This document shows, piece by piece, positions 52,120 through 63,467 of a stretch of DNA of 64,000 nucleotides (the stretch's first letter is position 1; every line of letters starts with the position of its first letter). The translations under genes were made by a program, and so were the position numbers. Under the pieces are notes generated by a model. That model searched no databases, was not told the DNA's origin, and was given only the letters and a program-made list of their open reading frames with translations. Source of the stretch: Ginglymostoma cirratum (taxonomy: Eukaryota). The DNA is taken from assembly GCA_024137785.1 (NCBI GenBank), contig JAHRHZ010000054.1:3718493-3782492 (forward strand), given 5' to 3'.

Positions 52120-54160
52120 TTAAAAAAAAAAAAAGATTGCAGAGATTTTTCTTTAACATATCTGAAAGGCAAGACAGCAGGGCAAGAATGGACATTGGGC
52201 CATTGGAAAATGAGTCTAGTAATGGCAAACACAGAAATGGTGGAGGAATGGAATAGGTACTTTGCATCAGGTTGCACAGTAGAAGACACCAGCAGCATAC
52301 TAGAAATTCGAGAGAGTCTGGGGGCAGAAGTGATTGCAGTGGCCATCACTAAGGATAAGGTGCTGGGCAAGCTGAAAGGCCTGAACTTAGACAAGTCACC
52401 CAGACCAGATAGACTACACTGGAGGGTTCTGAAAGAGATAGGAGATTGTAGAGGCATTGGTGTTGATCTTTCAGGAATTAGTGGAGCCAGGGAGGATCAC
52501 CGAGGACTGAAAACTTGCAGATATAAAATGCCGGTTTAAGGACGGAGGCAGAGGACAAGAAACTATAGGTTTGTTAGACTGACCTCAGTTGTTGGTAAGA
52601 TTTTAAGAGTCCATTATTAAGGGTGAGATTGCAGAGTACTTGGAAATGTGTGGCAAAATAGAGCTGAGTCAGCACAACTTCTATCAAGGGACATCATGTC
52701 TGACAAGTCTGTTAGAATTCTTTGAGGGGATACTGAAAAAAATTATACAAAGGACAGCCAGTGGACATGATATATTTGGATTTCCAGAGAACATTTGACA
52801 AGGTGTTGCACAGAAGACTGGGGCAAGATATGGCATAGAAGATTGGTTGACTGTCAGAAGGCAGAGAATAGGGATAAAGGGGTCTTTTTCAAGATGGCAG
52901 CCTGAGACGAGTGGACTCCCTCAGGAGTCCTGTTGCGACTACAACTACAATAGTTGTACATTAATGATCTGGACGAAGAAACTGAGGGCATTGCTCTTAG
53001 GTTTGCAGATGACACAAAGATAGGTGGACTGTAGGTAATGTTATGGAAGTGGGGAGAGTGCAGAAGGACTTGGACAGACCAGAAGAGTGAGCAAAGAAGT
53101 GGCACATGCAAATCAATATGTGAAAAGTGTGAGCTAATACACTTCGGGAGGTAGAATAGAAGCATAGGCAGTCTTCTAAATTGGGAAAGGTGTCAGAAAT
53201 CTGAAACACAAAGGGACTTAGGAGTCCTAGTTCAGGGTTCTCTTAAGGTTATCAAGCAGGTTTAGTTGGTAGTTAGGAAGGCAAACTATTCATTTCAAGA
53301 GTGCTAGAAGCAGAGACGTTGTGCTGAGGTTGTACAAGGCTCTGGTTAGACTGCATTTGTAATATTGTGAGCATTTTGAGCCCCGTACCTAAGGGAAGCT
53401 ATGATCATAGAATCCCTACAGTGTGGAAACAGGCCCTTCAGCCCAACAAATCCACACCGACTCTTGCAGCATCCCACCCAAACCCATCCCCCTATAACCC
53501 CAACAAGCTACATAGCCTTGAACACTATAGGCAATTAAGCGTGGCCAATCCACATAGCCAGTACATTTTTGGACTGTGGGAGAAAACCGGAGCACCCGGA
53601 GGAAATCTACGCAGACACAGGGAGAATGTGCAAACTCCACACAAACAGTCGCCCGAAGGTGGAATCGAACCCGGGTCCCTGGTGCTGGGAGGCAGCAGAG
53701 CTAAAAACTGAGCTGCTGTGCCGCCCGGAGGGGGTCCAGAAGAGATTCACAAGAATGATACAGGCAATGAAGTACTTGTGGGATGAAGAGCAGTTGAGGA
53801 CTCTGTATCTGTACAGAAGAGTTTAGAAGGATAACTTCCAGAATACTGAAAGCCCTAGACAGAATGGGTTTTCACTAGCAGACTGGGATTCGAAGGCACA
53901 GCTTCAGAATTAAAGGATTACACCCTTTAGAACTGAGATGAGAAGGAATTTCTTCAACCAGAGGTTGAATAGTCTCATTACCACAGATGGCTGTGGAGGG
54001 CAGGTCATTGAGTGTATTTAAGACAGTAAGGGGATCAAGAGTTATGGGAGAAGGCAGAAGAACGGAGTTGAGAACATCAGCCGTCAGTCATGTACGAACG
54101 GCAAAGCAGACATGAAGGGCTGAATTGTCTAATTCTGCCCCTATACGTTGTGGTCTTATA
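52120..54160 (+). mobile_element. CR1-clade LINE nested in the previous LINE
   Basis: ORF 52195..52539: KVLGKLKGLNLDKSPRPDRLHWRVLKE; YLDFQRTFDKV; FADDTK; 3' tail at ~54110-54160. Confidence 0.85.
53404..53726 (-). mobile_element. V-SINE (HE1-like) nested in the CR1
   Basis: Reverse complement of the 15875-16172 family. Confidence 0.88.
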
Positions 54161-54562
54161 ACTGACACAAAAGAAGATGGCAGCATCTTGTTGTATGTCA
54201 GTCATCCCAGCTCCAGGACATCATTGCAGGAATTCCTCATGAAGTATCCTAGCTGCTCCATCAATGACATTTCCTCTATCAGATTGAGGACTAGGGATGC
54301 TTGCTAATGACTGCAAAATATTCAGCACCATTCACAATTTCTCAGACACCGAAACAGTTCAGTCCAGATGCAGCAAGACGTCCAGGTTTGGGCTGATTAA
54401 TGGCAAGTATCATTTGCATTACACACGTGCCAGGTAATGACCATCTCCAACAAGAGACTCATCTTAATCATCCCCTAATACGCAATGGCATTGCTGAATC
54501 CCCCACTATCAAAATCGTAGGGGTCACCATTGATCAGAAATGGAAGTGAAGTAGCCATACAA

Positions 54563-54809
54563 ACAACAAAAACATAAATTGCTGGAAAAACTCAGCAGGT
54601 CGGGCAACATCTGTGGAGAGAAATCAGTGTTAACATTTCAAATTGAGTCACTCTTCATCAAAACAGAGATCTGTGTTCCGAGGAAGGGTGACTCGACCCG
54701 AAACGTTAACTGATTTCTCCCCACGGATGCTGCCAGACCTGCTGGGCTTTTCCAGCAATTTCTATTTTTGTTTCTGATTTGCAATATCCACAGTTCTTTT
54801 GGTTTTATT
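54563..54809 (+). mobile_element. Penelope-like fold-back element with long inverted arms and 11-bp TSD
   Basis: TSD tagccatacaa at 54552-54562 and 54810-54820; arm ~54565-54665 inverted to ~54675-54773; hammerhead-like CCGAGGAAGGGTGACTCGACCCGAAACGTTAAC. Confidence 0.85.
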
Positions 54810-55570
54810 TAGCCATACAAGCACTTTATCTAAAAGAGTATGACAGAAATAGCAAATAACTCACTTCCTTGAAAGATTGCCCACCATCTACAAAGTCCAA
54901 GTCAGGAATGTGATGGAGTGCTCTCCACATGCCTAGATAATTGCAGCTCCAACATCATTCAAAAAGCCTGACACCACCCAAGACAAATCAGGCCAGATGA
55001 CTGGCATCACATCCACATTCACTCCTTCCCCACCCGACTAACAACTCAGAGTGACAGTAGTCTGTACCATCTACAACATGCAGAGCAGAGATTCACCAAG
55101 AGTCTTTAGACAGCACCTTTCAAAGCCATAACATCTTTATCTGGATAGACATGGATAGCAGGTAACTGGAACATCATGACCTGCATATATCACCACTTAC
55201 TATCCTCATGTGAAAATATGCTGTTGTTCCTTTTCTATGGCTGGGTCAAAATCCTGGAATTCCTTTCCTAACAGCACAGTGGGTCTACCTACACCAAACT
55301 GCAGCAATTCAAGAAGGCAGTGCACCATCATCTTCTCAAGTGCAATTAAGGCAAGAAAATGCTAGCCTAGCCAGTGAAGTCTAGATTCCAGATTTTGTTT
55401 TTTTTAAAAATCACTTTGTAAAGAAGTTCCAGCTTTTTATAAGCTGATTAGCATTTAGATTCAAGAACATTTTTAATAACAAGTTGAGTGATATTACAAT
55501 TTCTGAAAACTCATTGCACAATGTAATTAGGTTCTGAACTATACCAGCTGTATGCGGGGCAAATACGTAC

Positions 55571-55636
55571 TCTAATACTTCATTTTTGCTGTCTATTTTA
55601 GCCATCACCTCTCGTAACAACTTTGCCTTTTCTTCA
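55571..55636 (-). CDS. PTPN23: PTPN23 exon (~e14), EEKAKLLREVMAKIDSKNEVL(E)
   Basis: ttctag|TGAA...TAGA|gtacgt; 66 bp; within ORF 55411..55779. Confidence 0.94.
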
Positions 55637-56756
55637 CTAGAAAAACAGAACGGGAAAAGGGTAAGACATGGCACAGATACAGCTTCAAACATATAATGTT
55701 TCAAAATATTATAATTACAACATTTTGTCTTTATAAACCTGAAGGTTGAACAAAACAAATCCGCAACTACTGTAGTCATTTTGCAATCTTTTTGTTCAAA
55801 ATTTAGATTATTAAATTAATAATTTAATGTATGTAAAGGAAGCAACACACAAGCACTTTTGGACACCAATAACAGAATAGAGAGCAGTGAAAACCTGAAT
55901 TTAAAAAAGTAAACAGTAGACACTGCAGGCTAATTTGTATCTAGGAAAAGACAAAGAAAGTTTAATACCCCATCGAGATGTTACCCAGACAAACTGTGAA
56001 ATTCTGACTTGTCCTTTTCATGTTTTAAATGTACAGTGGCTGATCAAAAATTATTTGGCAAGCAAGTCATTACAGTTTTGATCACACAATGGTTTTTCAT
56101 GAAATGTGTTAGCAACCTCTCTATTCACCAAATTGAATTTTGAATACATTCATCCAAAATTCATATCAATTCTCCGATAACTCATTCAACAGCTTTCGCT
56201 GTGTAAAATAATTTCCCATGTTCCCATTTACCAGTTTCTACCTTCTAGCTCCTGCTACTTGATCCTTCAAGTCAGCATTTCAGGTTTGTCAATGCCACTG
56301 TCATCTCAAAGTCATACACCATCCTGGCTTTACCATGTTGTTCCCCTAATGGAAATAGAGCAAAAATCAAAGAAATCTCCAACATCATTGTGGGAGCACT
56401 TCCACCAGGCCAGTTTGAAATATTTCAAGGTAGCTACCACCTTCTCTCAGGCAACTAGGGACAGATAATCAATATCAGCCTTGCCAGCAGAACACCTGTT
56501 TGAAGGTGAACAATGAAATTCTCATAAGTCTTTTCCCTTCTAAATACAGAATGGTTAAATTCCTAAAGCATCTATGACTTACATACATGTTTACAGAGAA
56601 ATGGGTAGAGCTAATAAATTAGCTTTTTTTAAAAAAAACAAGCAAAAGGAACTACTCTTGTAATGGTGCAATGACTTTTAGAAGAACACATTTCAAAGTT
56701 CCTGTGCTTAATTTTCAGTCATGTAGCTGTTCAGAAGCTGCAAGCCTCAGGCTCAC

Positions 56757-56871
56757 CTGTAGAGAGACGAGGCCTCATGGGCTTCCATAGGCACCAATTT
56801 TGCAAAAATGTCAGGACCAGTCACGTTTGGATCAGTTGGATTGACAGGAAGGGCTTTTACCAGAGATGCTC
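56757..56871 (-). CDS. PTPN23: PTPN23 exon (~e13), (G)ASLVKALPVNPTDPNVTGPDIFAKLVPMEAHEASSLY(S)
   Basis: taatag|GAGC...ACAG|gtgagc; 115 bp; ORF 56753..56959. Confidence 0.95.
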
Positions 56872-57285
56872 CTATTAAAAATAGATTGCCACAAGAGTTA
56901 AAATACCTGCACCTCCTTCCAGAAATAAAATTGTATTTAATGCACTTGAACATGCACAAAAATGCTCTAAATTTTAATGTAAATTTTTAAAATTAAACAG
57001 CTCAGTTCAAGGGCTAAAGTTCAGGGCTGGATGCATTAAGTTGTAAGGAACAGAGGAGATGACATTAGGAAATACTGAGTTAAAGAAAAAGATGGAAGAA
57101 TCAAGAATTGTAGTGATTTGAATCTTGGAAACAAAGTATTAGGATATGAGTCAGTGTTTGTTGTAAGCAATATCCTACACACAGACTATCAATAAAAAAT
57201 GCAAATTAGGCAATCAAAAACTAAATTATTTCAAGTAGTTTTAAATTTGAATGCGGTCAATAGAAAATAACCTTCGAGAACTTGC

Positions 57286-57365
57286 CTTTTACAGATGTGA
57301 GTGAATCCAGGGGTGGTACAGCCTCATGATAGACAAAATCATTGTCCTTCTTGGCAGCATTGTAC
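57286..57365 (-). CDS. PTPN23: PTPN23 exon (~e12), YNAAKKDNDFVYHEAVPPLDSLTSVK(G); GC donor
   Basis: cttag|GTAC...AAAAG|gcaagt; 80 bp; Bro1 KDNDF(I/V)Y motif; frame kept only with the GC-AG donor. Confidence 0.92.
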
Positions 57366-57889
57366 CTAAGTGAAACAAAGAAGGCAGAGACTGTAGAAAA
57401 AAAACTCAACGTAAAAATATTTTTGTGTTTCTCCCCTGTTTCTTCTTACCCAAATGCCAAAATTTGTGAAAGGTGCTCATAATACAACCTCCATAAAGAT
57501 TTTCAATTTATAACTGAAATAAACTAGTGCCATCAGGAAATCTTTCACTGACAGATAAGAGCCAAACATCACATATTACTGGTTCTCAAGAGTGGTACAA
57601 TCTGTTCTGCTTCAACTGATATAAAACGGAACACAAAATGGAAGGAAATAATTCAGTTGTACAGAATGCCTTAGTCAGATCCTCTTAAGTATGGCTTTTA
57701 GCTTTTGGCATCAGACAAGGATATATTAGTGTCGGAAGGGGTGCAATACAGGTTCACTAGAATGACACCAAGGTTTAACTAATTACATTAAGGGATTGCA
57801 GTCAGCTTGGATTCACTTAAGTTTATAGTACTAGCCTTCAACCATTTAGAGGTAAACATGATGTGCAATATGGTCCTTGAATTTGATAA

Positions 57890-58500
57890 GTGACAAAGAT
57901 CATTGCCCATTCCAAATAAGACTTTAAATGCTAATTCTATTTGTTTGCACAGGTACTGCTAGATCTGGAGATTCTCTAGCATTATGTTTTGTTTCAAGCC
58001 TCCATAAGTATATGCAATATTTTGCTTTTAGATAGCTGTGGCTGCTCCAGATGGCCAGAGCAACACAAGATCTCTAGAAGAATATCCTTACTGACTAATA
58101 CAAGGCAGTTTAGGATAATTTGAGAAAATCTTCCCCAATAAGCAAGAAGCCTATAATTCCCACAAATTGATTTATAATGCTTCTTGAATAGTGAAACATT
58201 TGTGGCATTAATGAAATTAGGAGGTAGTTTTATTATTCCACAGATTTTGTGAAAAGGTTGAGAGTTCAAGTGAATGCTCATGACCACAAGCTTTATAGAT
58301 CTTTGTAGGAAATAATGACTAGATCACCTGCTTTGTTGTCCTACCTAAATTTGATCTCTCAAGTTGTTGAAGGAATGCTTTGATTATTTTGGCAATACAG
58401 TTGCCTCCCAAACAAAAACATTTCTGTAATACTTCTTCCAAAGATCTCAGATGGCTGCATTATCTGAGAACAGTATTACAAATTTCAGCTCAAAAAGGGA
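57890..58500 (-). mobile_element. Degenerate RTE-clade LINE fragment
   Basis: ORF 57994..58287: NATNVSLFKK...ICGNYRLL...IILNCL...KDILLE resembles the RTE motif DAxIVxxFKKGDxxxCGNYRGISLL. Confidence 0.6.
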
Positions 58501-58915
58501 GGAACCATTTGTTTTGACATAGTCTCAATGGGCTGAATGGCCTGCTTCCACACTAGGGATTCTATGATGCGTCAACACAAATAGAGAATATTGTTAGATG
58601 ACAACATCACATGATAATTAAGTTAGTGAAAATGAAAAAGTAACCTGAAAACCTAAAAAGTCTTCAAAGAAAAATTACACACCTTGACCTATGAAGTAGA
58701 CAACATCCTTATTGAAGGATAGACCACATGATGTGCTGTTTTTGGAGCACTGCTGAGCGATGCAACACCTACAAGTTTAACTATCTGTGTAGTGGTCAGT
58801 CATAGTGAGGTACAGACTTGAACTGCCTGTCTCCGAAGTTTGGAGATCTCGGAAACAGTGTTAGGTGCAGCGAATCAAGCTCTCTCTCATAAAGGCAAGT
58901 AATAGGTGCTAAGGA

Positions 58916-58971
58916 ACAGCATGAGAAGACTACAGCATGAGAAGACTACAGCATGAGAAGACTACAGCATG
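58916..58971. repeat. Perfect 16-bp tandem repeat (acagcatgagaagact) x ~3.5
   Basis: Read directly from the sequence. Confidence 0.9.
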
Positions 58972-59889
58972 CCCTGCAACAGCAAATAGATGATAGAGAC
59001 TTACATTGAGTGTAAACAGAGATTAGGCTCCTTGCACTGCTCCAATAGAGTCAGAAGACGCACAACACAGGTAAGGACTTACTGACGAGGCAACGATAGA
59101 GACATTGGGAAAAAGAATCTGTGCTTTTTAAGAGAGCAGTAACGTCAAAGAATGCTAAAAAGGAAAGCAGTGTGTGACATGTTGCATTTCTAAGCTCCTA
59201 CTTATGTTCTTCAGCCTTCCATTAGGTGATACTCATTAAAAGGAGAGTACATTAAAAGCAGAATATTTTCACCTTGGGGTGTTTCTTCTCTCATTCTAAA
59301 ATCAATTAAAGTGTGTTAGATGTCATAAAAGGTGCTTGATTATTGTATTTTCAGACTGGAATTGTGCACTATTGTAACATTTAAAAAGGAAAGTAGGATA
59401 AAAGTTGTTCAAATAATAATTCAAATTATAAAATAAGGGAAAAGGGGTGGTACATGCATTTAATTAGAATACTATTTTGTCAGATTTGCAACCTGGATTT
59501 CAATGCCAGTTGCAGAGAACACAAAAAATGCCTCAACTTGGCAGTTAGTGACATTAAACTAACAAGCACCCTTAGAAGGCATGTGAATGACTAACATGTA
59601 AAATGGTAATGTCAGACAAAAATGAGTACTTCTGATATTGGAAGTAAGGTAGGTTGTGGTGTTACAATTGAGAGAACTATACTCTAATTGTTTTACTATT
59701 CACCTAGGAGTCTACAACGCCAACATTTCCTTTAGGTACAGCTGCGCAGTTGCTCTGAGGATCAGCACACATTGAGTTGGCATACCAGTCACTTCCCTGC
59801 ATTGAGTCATGGGTTTGGAACTGCCTGTCTCACACGATCAGACAACGTAGCTGAATGCTGGATGCTAGTTACTCAAAATGATGAAAATG

Positions 59890-60127
59890 GATATCTCGAT
59901 ACCACGTGCAATGTGTAAGACAACTAACACGGATGCTTTTAAGGGGAAGTTAAACACTAGTGAGACAGAAATAGAAGGATGCAGTGTTAAGATGAGATGA
60001 AGTGGGCTCAGAAATAGCCTTTGTGGAGACACACATGGCGACACGGAAAAGGCACCAGAGTGGGAGTGGATGCGTTGCCCTTGTTGAGGTTGAATGGCCT
60101 CTTTCAACACTGTAACCATTCTATGAT
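59890..60127 (+). mobile_element. CR1-like LINE 3' end
   Basis: ggttgaatggcctctttcaacactgtaaccattctatgatt tail. Confidence 0.6.
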
Positions 60128-60151
60128 TGTAAATCTCTTTAAATTACTTAC

Positions 60152-60210
60152 TTTCCTCCAATTACATCCATAGTAAATCGTAGAGCTTCTTGAACAGTCT
60201 CAGGTTGGCC
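60152..60210 (-). CDS. PTPN23: PTPN23 exon (~e11), GQPETVQEALRFTMDVIGG(K)
   Basis: ttttag|GGC...GGAAA|gtaagt; 59 bp. Confidence 0.93.
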
Positions 60211-60354
60211 CTAAAAAACAAAATGAGTCTAGTTTGCTTTTGCACAGGATATTTCATACATTGCTAACAGAGTTGGCAATGTCTTCCCCTCCTATCTTCT
60301 GTGCTGTTGATGTATTTAGAGTTTTTTTTTTGAGGAAAGCTCGTATGGTACATA

Positions 60355-61280
60355 TTTGGGAACCACTTGATGTAGTATATCTGGATTTACAAAAGGCATT
60401 CAATAAGGTGCTACACACAAGATTAATAGGCAGTAATGAAGGGCTTGTGAAGCCGGGTATTAAAGTATCCTGAGAAGAGAGCTGTTAATGATAGGGAACA
60501 AAAAGTGGGTGTAAATGGGGCATTTTCAAGTTGACACATTGTAAGTAATGACACACCACAAGCATCAATGCTGGCATCTCAGCTTTTTAAAATCTATGTT
60601 AATGACTTCGATGAAGAAATGGAAAGCAACGGATCTTAGATCCTTCATCACACAGAAATAGCTGGAAAAGTGAAGAGGGATATACAGATTGGATAAAAAC
60701 AAAAAGGGAAGCTATACTATCCTGTAACTGTATAAAACACTGGTTAAGCCAAAGCTAGAGTACTGCGTGCAGTTCTGAAATCTACATTATACAAGGGGTG
60801 TGACAGCACTAGAGGGTGCAGAGGAGATTTACCAGGGTGTTGCCTGAGCTGGAGAGCTTGACCACACTTCAATTGTTTTCCTTAGATCAGAGAAGACTGA
60901 GATAGGACATGATTGAAATGTATAAAATTATGAGGGGCGTAGATAGGGTAGACAGGAACAAACGCTTCCCCTTAAATGGATGGATCATTGACCAAGGACA
61001 TAGCTTTAAGGCAAAGGACAGAAGGTTCAGTGGAAATGAGGGGAAAAACTTTTTCATCCAGAGGATGGTCAGAATCTGGAACACATTGCCTGTAAGGCTG
61101 GTAGAGGCAGAAACCCTCATAACATTTAAGTAGCACTTAGATGTGTACTTGTGATGCATAGACACATAAGGTTACGGGCCACTTGCAGGAAAATTATATT
61201 AAAATTGTTAGTTTCCTGTTTTGACCAGCACCAACTCGATGGCTGAAAGACATTTTTCTACGCTGCAGACTTCTGTGACT
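60355..61280 (+). mobile_element. CR1-clade LINE fragments
   Basis: DVVYLDLQKAFNKV; ORF 60909..61133: MIEMYKIMRGVDRVD... Confidence 0.85.
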
Positions 61281-61394
61281 GAGTAACATACTTGAATAAT
61301 TAGTTTCAAATATTTTTTCAACATTATGCAACTGCAACATTTTATACTCAAAAATTTATCTGCCCAAAAATAAAAAAAATGACTCAAAGCTCAC

Positions 61395-61451
61395 CTTTGC
61401 ATATTTCACTGCTTCATTCAACTTGTCCAATGAGCTTTGGAAGTAAGCAAG
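61395..61451 (-). CDS. PTPN23: PTPN23 exon (~e10), LAYFQSSLDKLNEAVKYAK
   Basis: ctgtag|CTT...AAG|gtgagc; 57 bp. Confidence 0.92.
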
Positions 61452-61593
61452 CTACAGTGAGAAAACAAAATCCACAATTTTAAGATCACACGACATCTAA
61501 AGAGGTGGGCAAATACATGAATTTAAATTCAACTGCAGATTCAGTTTACACTCTCAAAGGTTATATCAACAGTGAAAAATATTTCCTACTCAC

Positions 61594-61641
61594 TCTTTCT
61601 CCATACTTCTGTTGTTCTTCTGATTGCTTACCCATATGAAG
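61594..61641 (-). CDS. PTPN23: PTPN23 exon (~e9), LHMGKQSEEQQKYGER
   Basis: ttccag|CTT...AGA|gtgagt; 48 bp; Bro1 domain. Confidence 0.92.
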
Positions 61642-62309
61642 CTGGAATAAAAGTACAAAAAAGTCTTAAGATTGGCAGGAGCTGGAAAACTCCAGCTACT
61701 ATAAAGATAGAATGATTGTCAGAACTGCTGTGACCGATAAAAATATCATACTAATCACTTAAACTGATGCCTCCTTCTTGCTTGGGTATTTTTTAAATCA
61801 GCTTCACAGCTGAAGTGCATAGTTTTTGTCAAAAGGAAACCTTAACTTGTCCAACATATAACTTACTGCAATGAGTCAGTCTTGTCTCTAGTTTCACTAT
61901 ATTAGGTACTTCACATGCAAGAGGTAAATTCCATGACTTTGGAAGTAAATAAAAACATACAGATTAACTAGGGCTACATTGGACAGGGAAATTTAGCAAG
62001 TAAGAGAAATGCACCTTCCCAATTTACAAATGTCCAACTTTCAAACGCTTGCACGTATGAATATAATCTCAGACTGGAGTGCAATTTTAATGATTCGATA
62101 TACAAAATTCTCCTGTACTAATGAACGGTTCCTTTACATTGTCTTGAATTGTGCTCTGACTTGATAAAAATCGATTAGCAAATGGACTCCAAAATGGGAC
62201 GCATTTGCAACCCAGGGTCTGCCTGTAACACCTTAGAACTGAACCTAAAAGACTGATTATATAAATCTGTGTATGTTTCACAATAAACTGCCCACATAGA
62301 TGACCCAAT

Positions 62310-62610
62310 AGGCATCACTCTTGTCTCAGAAACATTAGAGACGAGATGTCAAAATCCAGGCTGATACTTCAGTACGGTAATAAGTTAGTACTAATTAAGG
62401 GGAACTGCTGTCTTTTGGTTGCAATATAACACGGATACCTCAACTGCCCTCTCAGTTGGAAATAAAAGATACGGGGACATTTTAGAAGAGCAGAGGAGTC
62501 CTCCCCAGTGTCCTGCACAGTTTATGAACTCATTGTGTGTAAATGACTGCCATGTTTCTCACATCATAACAGTGGTAACACTTCAGTGGCCAAGAAAGCA
62601 CTGGAACGGT
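62310..62610 (+). mobile_element. Deu-domain SINE, degenerate
   Basis: ctgccctctcagttggaaataaaagat...gaagagcagaggagtcctccccagtgtcctg. Confidence 0.6.
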
Positions 62611-63324
62611 CAAATCAAAAGACAACAAAAGGCAACAAAAACAGATTTCAGCAGTAGACGAGCTGATAAAATAAACCAGAATGACAAATTAAAAATTAAT
62701 CTCAAGCTCACTATAAGTCTTCAAATAAAACATTGTTTTCAAAGCCATACATTTAAAACCAATTTGTATTGCATTTTTAATTAATATGTATATTTGATCT
62801 AGATGAAATGACCACTGAGTTGCTGATATAACACTGACGATTAAAGGACTGGTCAGTTTAGACAACAAATCTAATTAAAAAATACTCTATTGAACACAAA
62901 GAATTTAAATTAGTTGATAACTTCTGCAGAAAAGGATTGTTATGAAATGATCACAAACATCGAAATAGACACGAAAGAATGCTTTGTTCACTGATTAGAA
63001 ACAGTCTTGAAGAAGTAGCTGCCTGAGAAGTAACTGTAGCAATTACAGCAACCGATGGATAAAAACACTTGGTAAACTGAGGAAGATATTGATAAAGAAG
63101 CAGTTTATCAAGATTTATTTCATACAGAATTGCTTAAGGTTAGGCAAAATCATGTAATCTGTCACATAAAATTTGGAAAGCAGATATAAAAAAATGACTG
63201 TTGTTACACTTCGAAAATTAATGGAGGGTCTGAATAGCCAGGCACACAGAGTTCAGAACTATAATGTCTGGTTTTTCCAGTGAGAAGTTCACAAATTTTT
63301 GACCAACTGACACTGTTTAGAATA

Positions 63325-63467
63325 TCAAGTTCTGAAGGAGGGTCACTGGACCCAAAACATTAACTCTGATTTCTTGCCACAGATGCTGCCAGGCCTGCTG
63401 AGCTTTTCCAGAAACTTCTGTTTTTGTTTTGAATTTCCAGCATCTGCAGTTCTTTCCATTTTTGTTT
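63325..63467 (+). mobile_element. Penelope-like short element with 13-bp TSD (1 mismatch)
   Basis: actgtt(t/c)agaata at 63312-63324 and 63468-63480; agtt-CTGAAGG-A-GGGTC(actg)GACCC-AAAAC-ATT-aact (degenerate core). Confidence 0.8.

Larger units (their letters stand above)
51508..55390 (+). mobile_element. L2/Crack-like LINE (outer element of a nested cluster; segments 51508-52110 and 54162-55390)
   Basis: RT remnants KLLKALDTAK...LDIKAAFD resume after the CR1 insertion at acacaaaagaagatgg...gcaggaattcctca; family tail at ~55340-55390. Confidence 0.78.
21747..61641 (-). other. PTPN23: PTPN23 (HD-PTP, ESCRT-associated Bro1/V/His-domain pseudophosphatase) gene, last 17 coding exons; 5' exons lie beyond the right edge
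   Basis: 17 exons join in frame. Recognisable Bro1 (KDNDFVYHE), V-domain (FYADLE), PPPRPTAPKP, PTP (KNRHQD, DYINAS, WPE, VHCSSG) and C-terminal DPLxLLDPLWTLNKT motifs. Confidence 0.96.

Noticed and set aside
58916-58971. Short direct repeats as a CRISPR-like array
   Set aside because: Contiguous 16-bp tandem duplication without spacers, in a vertebrate intron
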